The notes beneath the pieces are model-generated. The model searched no databases. It saw only the letters and a list, made by a program, of their open reading frames with translations, and was not told the DNA's origin. Position numbers and translations under genes: made by a program. Shown in pieces: positions 1-48,170 of a stretch of 64,000 bases of DNA. How positions within the stretch are numbered: position 1 is the first letter of the stretch; every line of letters starts with the position of its first letter. Source of the DNA: Chrysomallon squamiferum (taxonomy: Eukaryota; Animalia; Mollusca); NCBI GenBank assembly GCA_012295275.1, contig CM022677.1, forward strand, positions 9,114,001 to 9,178,000. The letters are read 5' to 3'.

Positions 1-332
1 CTTTTGATTATGTATCAAATGCCCCAAACAAAAATATATAAAAAGAAAACAAAAGAATTAAATTTCTTATCCTATCTAACTAAAATCTACAGTTATCATA
101 ATATACAAACATAAATAACAAATGTCATACAGATTAACACAATAATTTTGCATGAAGTGTGATTTAATTTTCACTACATCAGTAATAACTTTATGTGTAA
201 AAATGGCTTCAGATCCCACACATGTGCATCAGTGTCACAAATTACCAAATTCAGTTCACTAGAAACAAGTAATTTTTAAATTGAGAACAGTAATGAAGGT
301 ATTTACATAACAGCCTTTTTCAAAAATTCACA

Positions 333-463
333 ATAACATTGTCACGAACAGAAAATGATTTACTGAAAGGTAACCTTCTGTTAATATCATTTATTTTAAT
401 ATTTCAAGTGTTCAGGGTAACATTGTCATGAACAGAAAATTATTTACTGAAAGGTAATCTCCT
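333..463. repeat. Two-copy direct repeat (~47 nt core, 84 nt period)
   Basis: taacattgtca(c/t)gaacagaaaat(g/t)atttactgaaaggtaa at ~334 and ~418. Confidence 0.8.
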
Positions 464-789
464 CTAAATTATTTTATAAATATTTGGAAGTACTGTAACA
501 ATGAAACTGAAAGAAGGAAAAAAAGATTTTAGTTTTTTTTGTTATTTAAATAATCACTCTCATTGTCACTGGCCCAGGATGAGTATAAAAAGTTCACATG
601 TTAATTTTCATTACATAAACACCAGAATAAAACAACAGAAACCTGCTACCATTTTACTTTACATATAAATATCTGTATTTGTTCTTTATGAATTGTGCAC
701 TGTCAGTATTTATGAAACTATTTGACAATACCAGCTTTCTGGCTGATAAAATGATACTAACAGATAATAATTTGACATCTTTAACAAAC

Positions 790-1540
790 AATATCAAGAT
801 CTAAAAACAACACTAATACATTGCCAGGATCTGAAGACAATTTTAGTACAATGCTAGAATCTGAAAACAACATCAGTGCAATGCCAGGATCTTATAACAA
901 AAATGTTGTGTTCAAACCACATTCTACAAACACAGTATCAGGATCTGATAGTTCACTAAGGAGCTAGGAACAATATTTAACATTAATTAGGATACTGTCA
1001 GAATGTTATAAGGATATCATCAGCTCTAATAACAGTATCAGGATCCAGGCACTAGGATCTGGAACTCTCAATACAGGGTTTAATAAAAATAATTCTTCTG
1101 ATCCAAACAAATATAAGGATCCAAACAAGAACAGACAGAATCAGGATATCAGAGTCATAATATAAAACAAGTTTGAATCACAATTCTGGTCTGACAATAT
1201 CAGGATATTGAATAAATGACAATGTAGGATCTTTAGATATCAAACTGTAGTAAATCACAATTCTATCCTGACAATATGAGGATCTTGAATCAGTAATAAT
1301 GTAGACAGATGGAGGAATTAAAAACCATAATAATTTAATAATAATTCACCTCTGACAGTATCAGGATCTCAAAGCAAAACAGACAGATTCAGACTTTAAT
1401 AGTTGTAATTCAAAAACTGACACAAGGATCAAAAACAAGAACAGACAGAACAAGGACAAAAACAAGAACAGACAGAACAAGGACAAAAACAAGACCTAAT
1501 AATACTTCTGCTCTGACAGTCTCAGGATCCAGAAACTGGA
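790..1540. repeat. Degenerate minisatellite built on a (t)caggatct core, with a nested 27-nt tandem repeat
   Basis: Recurrent caggatct/caggatcc/aggatatc. aaaaacaagaacagacagaacaaggac is repeated at ~1431-1495. Confidence 0.7.
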
Positions 1541-2287
1541 ATTGTTAACTAACAACTTCAAAATCCTGTAACAATTAAGACCATACACATCCTGGGTTCC
1601 TGAAATATTTTGTTTGCCCGTATCGAAACAAGTCTCATAATTTAACAATTTCAATATCTTATGATAATTACACATTAATATGTTTTATTTTTTTCTAATA
1701 AGGAACATTTTTTTCCTAATATAACTATTTTTGTTTTGATTTTGATTATCAGATTTAAGATTTATATATTCTTAAGAACTTCCTAATTTCTGTATTATAA
1801 TGAAGAGCATAAAACCTTGACAGCACAGTTTTGAGGTTTTAGTAGTAAATTATTTTATACACTTATTCCCGCAAAGTATTATAAATCCTAATTTGACTTT
1901 AAAAAATGTTGATAGAATGTTTTATTTCAAGTATGTTAATAACAGAAATAATGAACTACAGAATATTTCTTCTTTAAACATCAGTCTTAAAAAACAAAAT
2001 AATAAAATGAAGAAAAACAATGATATATATATATATCATTGTTTTTCTTCATTTTATTATTTGTATATCTTCTTTTTTCTTTTTTTAACACAGAATTTAA
2101 ATAACATAAAGAAAACAAATCTTTTTTACCTTTTTCACATCTTCACACATTCTCTCACCACAATAAATCTTGAAAACAGAAACAAACAAGAAAAATCCTA
2201 CAAACGTCTGAACAAATGCAAGCTCTGCCGAGATACACATCTAGTCCAACTACTGCTACAATAAATAAATCCTAGGTGATCTGGTTG

Positions 2288-28312
<26,025 letters not shown>

Positions 28313-28486
28313 ACTGGACGGATTATCCTTGAATACTGCCAGTCATGAAGAAAAAGAAATATATTTCACATCTTGTCATTCCGGTTGAATATATTGGTCT
28401 GTACGAGACGGTATGCAAGTCAAAGTGGCGAATACAACCTCCTGTCATCCAGACTCTCGTTTCTGAATAATATTGTTCCCATCCGG

Positions 28487-28496
28487 GTCACGTGAC
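28487..28496. promoter_or_regulatory. Palindromic GTCACGTGAC E-box (CLEAR/USF/MiT-TFE type) upstream of the Atos start
   Basis: Exact 10-bp palindrome 175 nt upstream of ATG 28312, in a locally CpG-containing segment. Confidence 0.6.
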
Positions 28497-28993
28497 TTCA
28501 CGGGACACCTCTCAATTTGCAATATTTACCTGATTTTATGTAATTACTGCTATGGAAACCTGATGCTAAATGTTTTACATGAATCTGTGAAATTAACTGT
28601 AAATAACATTAGCAAAAGTTTCATATTTATTCTATTTTTATCGCAACCACCTAGTTATGACCTATGACACGACCTCTTTTGACCTGATTCCGACACAGTG
28701 ACCTTATAAAACTTCAGAATTCTGCAGGGATTTATTTTTTTAGACTTTCTGGTTTTATTAATTTTTGTTACCATTTTCATTTAATTTATATTAAACAGTT
28801 ACCATAACCGGTATTGAAGAATAAAAAAATTATTACTAATCTGACGTTTATTTAGCCTAGTTAGGGTAAACATCATATCGAATTATCGGCATCATTTTTC
28901 ATTGATGATTTACAATGCAAGGGACATAACTCAAAATAACAACTAAATTACTATTATCATTAATTTAATTATTTTTTGTTGCTGTTGTTGTTG

Positions 28994-29033
<40 letters not shown>

Positions 29034-29141
29034 AACGATAGACATATTAATTTATATATGAAAAAAGAAATCATTTTTTAAAATTATTTGATTTATATTT
29101 TATTTTTGTTTATGTAGATTTGGTTTGAATGAGGAATTTTT

Positions 29142-29210
<69 letters not shown>

Positions 29211-29419
29211 GTTACCTTAGGAATTTATTCTTTCTAACCGCACAAATGTCTATTAATATAAACTTTATATTACTAATTTCTTTTGTTTTAAAAATAAAAA
29301 GAAATCGTAATTAAAGCTTAGATTACGATTAGTCACGGTCGTGAATCAGTTAAGTTTATTGAATTGTTAAATGTATCCATGTTCTGACATGCTGTTGTGC
29401 AAATAAAGTTAATCAGTGT

Positions 29420-29502
<83 letters not shown>

Positions 29503-29936
29503 CTTATCTATTTCAGGTGTCGAGGTTAATGCGTTTAAATAAAAACCGTCACACTGAATGTTTTCGTGCGCTTACCATCTTCCTAAATCCATTCATGTAA
29601 AATAAACCAGATAACAGATGGTTGTTTGTGAACATTATAAAATATTCATTGCCATAAGCAAAGTTCCGTGTTGTAGTTTGCTAAAAGAAAAATAAGCATT
29701 TAACTACACATGTTACATGGTATTAACAATTGGTTTACGTACCGGTAACCGTTATTAAAATGCGAATTCGGACACACAGATTTTCATTTTAGGCCGAACG
29801 CTAAGCGTCATCTACAATTGTACAATATTGTACAATAAATTTAACCACGAACGGAAGATTAAAGAAAAATAAGAAAACAAAATAAAATTTAAAATAAAGA
29901 GGACCTTTTCGAAGGGATTCACGTTATCGACCAAAT

Positions 29937-30908
29937 ATGACTTCGGAAAACGAATTAAACAACGTGACTTCAGCAGACGACAATACAATATTTGGAAAAA
30001 TCTTACGCAAAGAAATTCCCACGAAATTTATTTTCGAAGATGATTTGGTATGTATGAGTTATTTAGTGTTTCTCCTTCTTCTTCTTACTATTTCTTTTAC
30101 TGTTATTATTATTATTAGTAGTAGTAATAGTAGTAGCAGTAGTATTGTTGTTGTTATAGTAGTAGTAGTAACTGCAGTATACTGCACTAATAATAGAAGT
30201 GGTAGTAGTAGTATACGAAATATTGGTATTATTTTTGTTATTGTGATAATACTGAAGTACTACTTGCAGCAACAACAATGACAGTGATAGCAATATTAAG
30301 AGTAATACGTGCAAATTTATTTGTACAACAGCAGAGACGTTGTAATAGTAATTACAGTAATAACAGAAGTATTAGAGGTAACTGTTGTAGTTATAGTAAT
30401 AGTAATAGTAGTAAAGTTGTAATATTATTTATAGCAGAGTAGTAAAAGTAGTAGTAGTGATAATAATAGTAGTAGTAGGAGGAGAAGGTAATATATTTTT
30501 TATTATTATTATTTTTGTTTAATGTTGTTTTGTTTTTTTCAGGTTGTCGCTTTCAACGATATTGAACCGTTAGCACCGACTCATGTTATCATTGTTCCAA
30601 AAAAGTCGATCAAATGTTTAGCTGAAGCAGACGACAGGGACGAAAATGTATGTAACAAAAATTTTAATATCTCTCTCTCTCTCACACGCACAAACACACA
30701 CAATGTTTTTATTTATAAATCATCATTATTTTACAATTTTCAGATTCTTGGTCGCATGCTGCTGGTTGCTAAGAAAATGGCAGCAGTGTGCGAGATTTCT
30801 GAAAGTTACCGCGTGATTTTAAATGATGGACCAAATGGCGGACCGTCAATTCCTCATCTTCACATGCATTTAATGGGAGGAAGAAAAATGGATTGGCCAC
30901 CTGGATAA
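29937..30908 (+). CDS. HINT1: HINT1-like histidine triad nucleotide-binding protein, divergent copy A, 126 aa
   Basis: Exons 29937-30047, 30543-30647, 30744-30908 (111/105/165 nt, all phase 0). Motifs [30 protein letters not shown] triad, C-terminal WPPG*. AATAAA at 30982-30987. Confidence 0.92.
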
Positions 30909-30918
30909 TTTTTTTTAT

Positions 30919-30949
<31 letters not shown>

Positions 30950-32142
30950 TACATTTCATTCAGTGGCTGATGATTTGATTTAATAAAGAATTTAATTGAT
31001 TTTCTGTGTTATTGTTATTGTTATTTATTCATTTATTTATTTATTTTGTTTAATGACTTCCGATGACTACTGAAGATAATTAATTATAATTTATATTCTA
31101 CATCATTTTTCTATGCAGACTGCAAATTCTTCTGTAATAATGCTTGATTATTAAACCATTATTTTTTTCAATACGTTAGAACGTGGCGCATTGTAAGTAT
31201 TTTACTAAAGTAAAAAAAATTCCATTTAGCAAAAATAACAAAGATACATGTTGCTGTGTAATTAATTTAAAAACCAAAAAAGTGGATTTTGGTTTTTTAG
31301 TTCTACTTTTCACTTTTTAATTATTTTTTTTCAAATTTTCTTATTTTTTTTTTTTAAATTAATAAATAAATTAACTGATTAGAAGTAACTGCATTGGCAA
31401 AATATTTAATTATATGATAAATAAATAAATGTATCAGCTTAACTCTAAATTTCAGTTTTTAAACTCTAATAATCGTAGCTAATGTTGTTTTTGTTGTTGT
31501 TTTTTAAAATGGATGTTTCTTGCTGGCTGCATTTGACAGAAATTTATTTAATAAAATAATATATAAATATCAATGATCTACTCTAGTATTAAATATAATT
31601 AAATAATCACTAGTTAAAAGATTTGAGGGAATACCTTAAACAAAATTAATAATAATAATCATAAAAATATGTTTAACGAATAACTGATTATGGGCAAGTA
31701 CAATACGAACAATACACTCAGTAAAATAATTATTTTGAACAACTGGTTGTTAAATGGAGTAAGTACAAAGACCTACAAATGATGTTATAGCCATAGATGT
31801 TGTGATTAAATAATTGAAATATACATATTTTGTTTTACGTTTTAAGTCTCTTTTTTAGATTATTAGTTACGGTAATTACTACACCAATACATTATTTCAC
31901 TTATCATTTATACCTTTATTTGTCTTTGTATGTATGTATGAATGATGAAGAAAAGACAAATTAATTAGTTTCAATATATGAAAAAATTGATTTGAGGCTC
32001 AGGCTGAAGAAAAATCAATGATTTATTTTAAGAAATTGTTACTGAACGCAAACGAGGTATCTTATTTTTAGCTGGTGGCTGCACTAAATGGAGGTGCTCA
32101 GGTTTATGTAAGAATTAACAGCATATTCAAAGACACACAAAC

Positions 32143-34966
<2,824 letters not shown>

Positions 34967-36409
34967 GAATTAAAATTATATAAATTATTATTACTGGTGT
35001 TAAAGACTGTTAGTTGTTAAGATCCATCTCTCTGTCGAACCCCTTTTTGTGTTCCTAGCTTGTCAAATGAATCTTTTGAAGCTGCCGCTTAATAGATTAA
35101 TTTCAGTGCTTTATTATTTTCTTTTTAATTAAAAAAGAGTAATTAAAAAAAAAAGAATTTTTTGAATGTTTGTAAACTTTAATAATTATTTTATTTTGTT
35201 CAGTACTAGATTTATGTAAAAAGAATACAAAATTCACACACACACACACACACACACAAGCAAGCACACAGTATAATTTTATGTGAAACGATGAACTGAT
35301 AATAAAAACAGTAATCTGAATAAAAGGGACATTTTGAGACTATTGTTTAGTATATATGAATCACTGAAAAGAAAATTAAATTGTTACTTTTTGACAACAG
35401 TTACTGCCACTACAGTATTATTGTAATACATATATAAATATTATTAAATATAATTACTTAAATTATTTATTTTGATACTTCAGCTTGTCCATATCTTAAT
35501 ATTAAACTGATGTTGATGAATTTCAACAAGCTTTGTAAACTTCATTTAATAAAATTATTGTTTTTCTAATCTTTTAGTTATTGTTAATCATAGAAATAAC
35601 CCACAAATCAGGACATACTGTTGCTTTTAGTAAATGCTTCATCAGATATTTTGTGAACTGTTAAACCTTTCAGATTACATTTTTGGGATAAAACCAATGC
35701 TTGTAATGAACTTACGTCTGTTAATAATTTAATGTGTTGAACTATGGGATGGCTAACAGTGTCATGCAACAGCTGATTGGTTGATATTTTTATGCAGGAA
35801 TCCAAAGTAGGGAATATCCTGTACTGAAGTCATGATGACGTGATTATTGAAGTTAAAGGTTTTTATTTAGATTTTATTCAAATGACAACATTTTGATGAT
35901 GTAAGGATTTTTATACATTTCAACAAATTAAAGATTTTTACTTCAGAAAAGTTACTACAGTGTTCTGTTGGATGTGGCTTTAATTTTGTTCAATATTTTT
36001 TATTCCAGCAGTTTCATTTTAGAAATATAATTACAAAGAGTGACCCTTTAACAAAATTATATAAAATAATGAGTCTTAACATGATATTTAAAATGAAGTT
36101 ATATTAAAATTTGGTTTTAACATAAGATATTATGGAAGTGTTTACCAAACTTTTGCAAAACATTTTTCATAATTTATTTTTAAATAAATTGAAATATTAT
36201 TTTGGATGTTAGAATTCACATATCAAAAAACGAAAACCATTTCAAAGAATTTAAAGAGTAATAAGCTGTGAATGAATTTTATTGCCAGGATAAAATGAAA
36301 ATGTAACATTTAGAAATTGTAATTTTTATATAAAAAGTATAAAATGCAGGTTTTATATATTTTTTTTAATTAAATAACTTCACAAAGTGGATTGTTTTAA
36401 ACTACTGCA

Positions 36410-42734
<6,325 letters not shown>

Positions 42735-43829
42735 GGTTGCGAATGTAAATATAATTGTCGTAAAATATTACTTTATTGTCATCTAAATGGAAATTATCTG
42801 GAGTAAAGTATTAGCAACTTACATTTAATAAAATAAAATAAATAGTAATGTAATAAAATATATTTGTGGTGTAACGACAACCGCAAATTGTAACGTTCGT
42901 AACTGTTCGTAACTGTTCGGGACAATTCGTAACACTCGGAATGGCTCGCAACGTTTCGTTGTAATGCGACATAGCTATGTAGAATAATAATAATAATAAT
43001 AATAATGAAAAATAAATAAATAAATAAATAAATATAAAACGATAAATAGTAGAGCGTTGTCATTCATTGACAGAAGCCGTTAATTTGAATATTTGAATAC
43101 CACCGAAAAGACTAAATTCAGTTTAGTACATTCAAATATTAATTAAACCGAATTATACTTAAAGTAATAAACAATACAAACTAACAGAGGAATATTGTTA
43201 CCTGTGAATCAGTGGTAAATAACTGTATCTTAGGTAATTTTAACGAATAAAGATACGTGAGAAATAGTAATTTTGTCGAAAGTTTTATTATTACTTAATT
43301 CTTTTGAAAAACAAACGCAGAACACACAGACAAACAAAAGATAAATAAAGAAATGAAATAAATAAAATTAAAGTATATTGTTCTTTTACTTTTTCTTGGG
43401 ATGGGGTAAGGAGTGAAAACATTTAAATACTTATTAATAAAAAATAATATAGATGTAAAAATATATATATATATAAAATGGAAATGAAGCCAAATGAGGT
43501 AATATTTAAAACAATACAACAAAAGAAGTAATTAAAAAAATAATGAATAAGAAAACACAAAATATGAAATATAAATATGGAGAAACGAGAAATAAGAAAT
43601 AAGGAAAATAATGAATAACAACAAAGAATAAATATATATGTAAAAAAATACATAAAGAAATAAGAAAAAGATGAAATATCAATTAAAATAAAGAAATAAA
43701 ATAATAAAAAGAAATAAAAAAAAAAAATGAAAAAAAAAAAAAAAAAAAAAAAACAAGGCAAGAGATGAGAAGAGTGAAGAATAAGAAGAAACATGAAGAA
43801 AGAAATAATATGAAATAACCTTTGAACAT

Positions 43830-44700
43830 ACAAATTAGATGGATATATAGATAGGTAAATGCTGAAGAGCTAGCTAGCTTGACAGATAGGCAATCTGTGA
43901 TAGGTAGGGCAGAAAATGAGATATATAGATGAATAGGTAAAACGAGGGAGTCGATAGGTAATATGGATATAAAGAATGACCTGTAGATAGCTAGCAGATT
44001 TATTTACAGCTAGAGAGGTAGGGAGTTGATAGAATGACATCTATAGTTTAAGGAGGTATATGGATAGAAAGAAATCTATAGGTATGTAGATAGATGGATA
44101 TACTGGTAGAAAGATCTATAGATAAGGATTAGAGATCTACAGATAAATAGGTAGAAAGATAGGGAGTTATGGATGTTATGGATAGAAAGAATGATCTATA
44201 GCTAAGTAGGTATCTGTACACACAGATAGAAAGATTATAGGAACTGATATAGTAGGTGGACAGTTCTATAGATGAGGTTTACTACAGTAGAAAGAGAAAT
44301 CTACTGATAGATGAGAAGAAAGAGATCAGTAGACAAGCAGGTATCTATCTATACATACTGACAGGACGACAGTGAAAAGAGAGATGTGGGCAGAAAACAG
44401 GTAGAATGAATGAATTGATGGATATTATGGGTAGAAAGAATGATCTTTAGGTTAAGTAGTTATATAGATATAAAGAGAGAGACATGGAGTTGATAGACAA
44501 GCTTAGAAAGGTATATCGAGATAAGTAGACAGATGATGTACATTGAGAAAGATAGTAAAACGACACTGATAGAAAGATGGGAAGAAAGAGATGTAGATAA
44601 ATAGGTGTGGGTAGAAAGAAATCTATGAATAAATAGGTAGAAAGAATGACCCATAGATAAGCAGGTAGATGGATGTATAGACAGAAAGATAGGAAGTTAA
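43830..44700. repeat. Degenerate purine-rich (GATA/GGTA-derived) array
   Basis: Recurrent gtagaaagaatgatctatag(a/g)taagtagg units. Confidence 0.75.
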
Positions 44701-45015
44701 CAAAAATTTGATTTAAAACCTAAATAAACAAGTCAGAAAATTTATCACATTATCATGACAGATATGTGAAACTATTGTAGAGTTACACGATACCAGGCAT
44801 CATGAAAGACAAAAACCTTCCCTAGCTAGGTTAAAAATATCTATACACAAAGTTTAAGAAAGATTATTATAATCCATTTGAAACAATTGTTTTTTTTTTA
44901 TCTGGGTGGGTTAAAAATTAATCCTTCAATGTTTTCTGGAGAAAATCATCAGAGATGGTAATTTAATGCAGCAAGAAAGTCTATGATTGAGATGTGGACA
45001 CACACACACGCACAG

Positions 45016-45051
<36 letters not shown>

Positions 45052-46404
45052 GAGCCCACTGTTTATAATTAGAATATTACAAAATCCTCAGAAAGATCAG
45101 TAAAAAAAAATGAATGAAGAAAAATCCTGTAAAATAACGGACCAAATATCAATGAAAGATAATGAAAAGCAAAACATTAAATAAATATAAACAAAACTTA
45201 GTGAAAGGTGATAAAAAACAAACGCTTGTTGATTCAATTGTAAAGCTTTATTACGGAAGCTGATCCCTTATGCTTCACTAACATTGCAAAATGCGCATGA
45301 CAAAATGTCCTAAAAATATAAAACTAAGTTAATATCAACAAACTGTATAGCATTTATAGTGAAAACAGATTTCATCAAATTTTTTTTTTACATAATTAGG
45401 TCCTATAAGTCATTGTAGTTTTGTTTTGTAATAAAAAAGGCAATATAACTATGTTTTGTCTAGTCTTTCGAAGTTAAACACAAAATTACCATTGTATCAC
45501 AATCGGTTTTAAGTAGACTGTAAGACATGAGGGAAAATAAGATTTAAAAAAAAAGTCTTCGAAAGACAAGACAGAAATAAATGTAGCTTGGCTACCATCA
45601 GATTAATCAGTTTAAAAAATAAAATAAAAGTATTGAAAATAAAAGAAATGTTTATATCCAAAGGTCTACTTAGACAACAAAATGGTAATTTTTTGGACAT
45701 AAATTTTCCAACATTGAAACAATAGAAAAGAAAAAATTGCAGAAACAACACTTAATTCCCAACTTATAGCAACATCTTATTCTGATGGACTGACTGGATG
45801 TGTTACACCACTGACATTTGGAAATTACTTAAAGTAGCTAAACTGACTTACCATCTGATAATATAATTGTATTATTGTGTGTACATAATGCACCTATCAC
45901 ATTTAATGATAACATGCTGTTTGATCAGTACCAACTGCAGTTACTAACCTGTAATTGTTGTTGTTTAAATTATAGTAATTTTCAACATACATGAGGAAGA
46001 TCATAAACTTAGATTAGACCGTGAGTATAAAACATTTCTCTCATTTTGAAAACAATCTTTGGTACACCCTGATTTACAAGTGACCTTGAAAATATAAGCC
46101 ACATATTACATAAACCAGCAGCAGCAGCATAGATCAAAATAAAAAATATTTTTACATAATTATATAAAATTAAGAAAAAAATAAAATAAAATAAAGGATA
46201 TAAGTAAGAAGCATTAATAATAACAATAATAAGAAAAAAAAATGATGATAATCATAGTAACAAGAAGTAAAATAAATAAAGATAAAAAACAAAAATATAT
46301 TTTTAAATTTTGTATAAAGCTTAATAAATTCCTATGAAGGCTATCACAAGCCCACTGTTTTAAAAACAGGTTTTTAAAGTTTGCATAATACAAGTTTTAC
46401 TGAT

Positions 46405-46460
<56 letters not shown>

Positions 46461-48044
46461 CATGCATGGGCCAGAGAATATACTAAAAAAATATATATAA
46501 AGTTTGGACTTTAACAGTATGAATGGAGTTTAAAAAAATAACAACAACTATGAAAGCTTTTATACATGCAAGGACAGTGGTATAGATATTTGTTTCCTAA
46601 TATCTTGAAGAAAACAAAGTGCATTATCTTGCCATTTGATGGAATTTTGTAATAATAATAATAATAATAATAAATTAATTTAAGAAATCAGAACAGAGGA
46701 AACAGTAAATAAAGATTTGTTTTTTAATATAATGAAAACCCATAACAGAAATCTTTGACTAATTTTTAGACTGGTTTGGAAGACTATTATTTTAGAGTCA
46801 TACTCCATTATAAAAAAAAAATTCAGTAAGATTTATAATTTGATCCAGACAGGACAGATTTGGGTTTGTTATTACTGCTTCTGATTATTAGCTTGAATTC
46901 TACAAATTAATTTTAATTATGTTATTCTGAATGGTCAACTGAAACTCGTTACAAATACTAAGTAGTATTCTAGAATATAGCAGTTGGATTTTCATTATAT
47001 AAATCACAATGTTAACTTTTTTAAAGTAGTATACTTGAAGATTAGTTTTACCCTTTAATTAATTAAATAATTAAGGTAATAATAATAATAATAATTACAA
47101 ACATGATTATTACGACTAAAAATAATAATTTTGATTTCAAAGTTATGTTTAATTCAGTTAAATTAAAAAAAAAATTAAATGTTGGTTATAATAGTAATTT
47201 GTGGCATCTTATTTTGGCTTTTTAAATTAGTAATTAATTAAAAGGTGAAACAGTGTCTTCTGTTTGGTATTAATATATGAAGTTAGACTTCATTCATTAA
47301 CAAATATGTATACTGAACTACATACATGATCACATAAACCAATAATAAATAAAATAAAATAAAAGGTACACAACTCTTGCTTAGTATTAAATAAACTAAT
47401 AATAATGATAGTAGCAGAAATAATAATATAAAAATAAACAATAATAATAATAATCATAGAAATAATAATAATAATAACAATAACAATAACAATAACAATA
47501 AAATAATAATAATAATAATAATAATAACAAAAATAATAAAAATTATACAATTATAACATACATATTAATAATGATAGTAATATTAGTGTAAAAAGTTTGG
47601 TTATTAAAAATAAATATTCATTTGGTTATTGTGAAGGTTTGTGATCATGATGAAAAGACTGTTAATAAAAATACACAAATAAATGTAATAAAATAAAGCA
47701 TTTGTACATTGACTGCGACCAGGTACATTTAGAAAAACGTATTGCTCTCTCAGTGTGTATGTGCTTTTTAAGGCAGGCAATGCATAAAGGAGTAAAATAT
47801 ATATTTATATATGTACATACACTAGCTAAATAATAAGACTAGAATATCCCACTCCAGTGATAAAAGTATCTAATTAAAATACCTAGTAATAATCTGCAGT
47901 AATACCACAGTGAACAGTCAACAATAATTTGTAGCACTTCTGTTTAAGCAACAATCTTATAGACAAGTTGTTTTTGTTTTTTAAGTCTAGTTCTTCATAA
48001 AATGAATAATAAAAAATGAAATGACTTTTTTTTTAAATGGCCGT

Positions 48045-48170
48045 TAATTTGTATGAAAGAATGAATTTTTGTATGATAATTAATTTGGTATGACAAAATG
48101 AATTTTTGTATGATAATTAATTTGGTATGACAAAATGAATTTTTGTATAATAAATTTGGTATGAAAATGA
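48045..48170. repeat. ~37-nt tandem repeat, ~3 copies
   Basis: aatgaatttttgtatgataattaatttggtatgacaa repeated. Confidence 0.85.
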
